A DNA stretch of 64,000 bases. Source: Pseudomonadota bacterium. Its GTDB lineage: Bacteria > Pseudomonadota > Gammaproteobacteria > Pseudomonadales > Azotimanducaceae. Both the position numbers and the translations under genes were made by a program. The DNA is taken from the NCBI GenBank assembly GCA_036337195.1, contig JAYZES010000002.1:3197-67196 (forward strand), given 5' to 3'. Below, piece after piece: positions 62,537-64,000 of this stretch. The notes beneath the pieces were generated by a model that ran no database searches, was not told the DNA's origin, and saw only the letters and a list, made by a program, of their open reading frames with translations. Position 1 is the first letter of the stretch, and the number at the start of each line of letters is the position of its first letter.

Positions 62537-62682
62537 ACATATATCCTCTGTAAGCACGATCAACCAATTTAGCCAGCAACAGCCGGCATTCCCCAAGTTT
62601 AGCAGCATAAGCAGCACGACTTCACTTCTTTAATTGGCGATAGTAATCTCCTGTCTATCGAACATTGGAAATGGTAATCAAG

Positions 62683-63600
62683 ATGGGAAGTTTTAAGGAT
62701 AAGGTTGTGGTAGTGACTGGAGCTGGCGGCGGTCTAGGGAAAGCACATGCGATTGAGTTTGCGAAACGCGGAGCGAAAGTAGTTGTTAATGATCTGGGTG
62801 GATCTGATGATGGCAGAGGCAAAAGTGACATGGCCGACTTAGTAGTGGATGAAATTCGTTCGTTCGGTGGCGAGGCCATAGCGAACAAAGCATCGGTCGC
62901 CGATAAGAAAGGGGCACAATCGATAGTTGACGATGCAGTGAATACGTATGGAACATTGGACATATTGGTAAACAACGCTGGTATTTTGCGTGACAAAAGC
63001 TTCAAAAATATGGACATGGGTGATTGGGATATAGTCATGAATGTCCACTTAAATGGCACTTCTTATGTTACCAAGGCAGCCTGGGATATAATGTGGAGGA
63101 AAACTTATGGCCGAATTTTGTTCACAAGTTCTACCTCCGGAATTTTTGGTAACTTTGGACAAGCTAATTATGGTGCTGCGAAAATGGGAATGTTAGGGCT
63201 TATGAACGTGCTTGCTATCGAGGGGCTATCTAAAAATATTCGCGTCAATACCCTCGCGCCAGACGCTGAAACACGGCTAATAGCAACAATCCCTGGTGCT
63301 CAAGTAAATCCTGATAATCCAGATCCGATGCGGCACCCAAAGCTAGTGAGTCCGGCCGTTCTATTACTTTGTGACGAGGATGCTCCTACCAACAAAACAG
63401 TCCATGCAGGCAACGGTAAATTCGCCTGCAGTGCGACCTATATTAATGAACCACTGAATTTTTCTGCTGACGTTACATATGAAGACCTTTTGGAGAGAAA
63501 AAGCGAACTGTTCGATATGAGCAATGCTCAAGAAATGTCAGGGCTACTTCGAGTCCAACAGATGCTGAGCGAGCAAATGAATGCCGACAATTCCGATTGA
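62683..63600 (+). CDS. SDR-family oxidoreductase, MFE-2 / 3-hydroxyacyl-CoA dehydrogenase-like
   Basis: VVVVTGAGGGLGKAHAIEFAKRGAKVVVNDLGG and the catalytic YGAAK motif strongly resemble the dehydrogenase domain of multifunctional enzyme type 2. The start is placed at ATG 62683. Confidence 0.8.
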   Translation: MGSFKDKVVVVTGAGGGLGKAHAIEFAKRGAKVVVNDLGGSDDGRGKSDMADLVVDEIRSFGGEAIANKASVADKKGAQSIVDDAVNTYGTLDILVNNAGILRDKSFKNMDMGDWDIVMNVHLNGTSYVTKAAWDIMWRKTYGRILFTSSTSGIFGNFGQANYGAAKMGMLGLMNVLAIEGLSKNIRVNTLAPDAETRLIATIPGAQVNPDNPDPMRHPKLVSPAVLLLCDEDAPTNKTVHAGNGKFACSATYINEPLNFSADVTYEDLLERKSELFDMSNAQEMSGLLRVQQMLSEQMNADNSD

Positions 63601-64000
63601 CGGCAACAATATTACTTATGAAATAATTGGTTCTGGCCCAAACTTGATATGGAATGCAGGCGGTCGAGAACCGGGAGTAGGTTGTGGGGGAATCCTAGTC
63701 GAATACCTAGCCCAGTACTTTAAAGTTTTGTTATGGGACCGCCGCAATAGTGCTGGGTCCTCGGATATTTACCTCAGCCAAACTGGGGATCCGGTTACTG
63801 CCGATGCCAATGACCTTTATGACCTAATCCATAAGCTAGACTTTGCACCAGCAATGATAGGTGGGGGATCAGCAGGATGCGGGCTATCACTTATGATGGC
63901 GTATCTCTATCCAAATGAAATTTTATCGATACTTGCTATCAAGCCATTCTCGATGCGTAAAAACATAATCAAACATCTCAATCAAATCACTTGGCTCAGA
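63581..64000 (+). CDS. Alpha/beta hydrolase, partial (continues beyond the window end)
   Basis: It is absent from the track because it runs off the edge. My translation reads MPTIPIDGNNITYEIIGSGPNLIWNAGG...FAPAMIGGGSAGCGLSLMMAYLYP, with a GxSxG nucleophile elbow (GGSAG). Its ATG overlaps the SDR gene end by 20 nt. Confidence 0.55.
   Translation, partial: MPTIPIDGNNITYEIIGSGPNLIWNAGGREPGVGCGGILVEYLAQYFKVLLWDRRNSAGSSDIYLSQTGDPVTADANDLYDLIHKLDFAPAMIGGGSAGCGLSLMMAYLYPNEILSILAIKPFSMRKNIIKHLNQITWLR

Overview
This is a gene-dense, moderately AT-rich gammaproteobacterial chromosome segment. Its gene order resembles Pseudomonas-like and marine Cellvibrionales/Pseudomonadales lineages: sdhCDAB-sucAB-lpd-sucCD, and asd-fimV-truA-trpF ... 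folC-dedD-cvpA-purF.

Positions 1-35 kb are conserved housekeeping. They hold a partial MFS transporter, a 5-formyl-THF cyclo-ligase-family gene, a YhhQ-type queuosine-precursor transporter and a tRNA-Pro/Arg/His cluster. These are followed by lpxH, miaE, acnB, purF-cvpA-dedD-folC, trpFBA, truA, a short FimV-like protein, asd, aroC, sixA and htpG. The block ends with the full TCA module (sucDCBA, lpd, sdhBADC, divergent gltA) and a cyclophilin.

Positions 35-43 kb carry acyl-CoA genes (enoyl-CoA hydratase, family III CoA-transferase) and an apparent leuC-leuD-cimA-LLM oxidoreductase operon, that is, citramalate-pathway genes.

Positions 43-64 kb form an accessory catabolic island. It contains four formylglycine-type sulfatases, a GH32-like protein with an extra N-terminal domain, and a TauD-family dioxygenase translationally coupled to a sulfatase. 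It also contains a Nudix hydrolase, an ADP-ribosylglycohydrolase, an esterase coupled to a DUF3604 protein, a beta-lactamase-family serine hydrolase and an orphan HMG-CoA lyase. A D-aminoacylase, an MFE-2-like SDR and a partial alpha/beta hydrolase complete it.

I found no CRISPR array, transposase, integrase, phage genes or recognisable defence system, and no convincing wholly novel multi-gene system. The most unusual items are:
- the atypical GH32-like protein;
- a sulfatase with a CSTTR (not CxPxR) motif;
- the sulfatase-TauD and esterase-DUF3604 coupled pairs;
- a Nudix/ADP-ribosylglycohydrolase pair flanked by apparent truncated gene stubs.

All family assignments come from motif recognition by eye, not from database searches.
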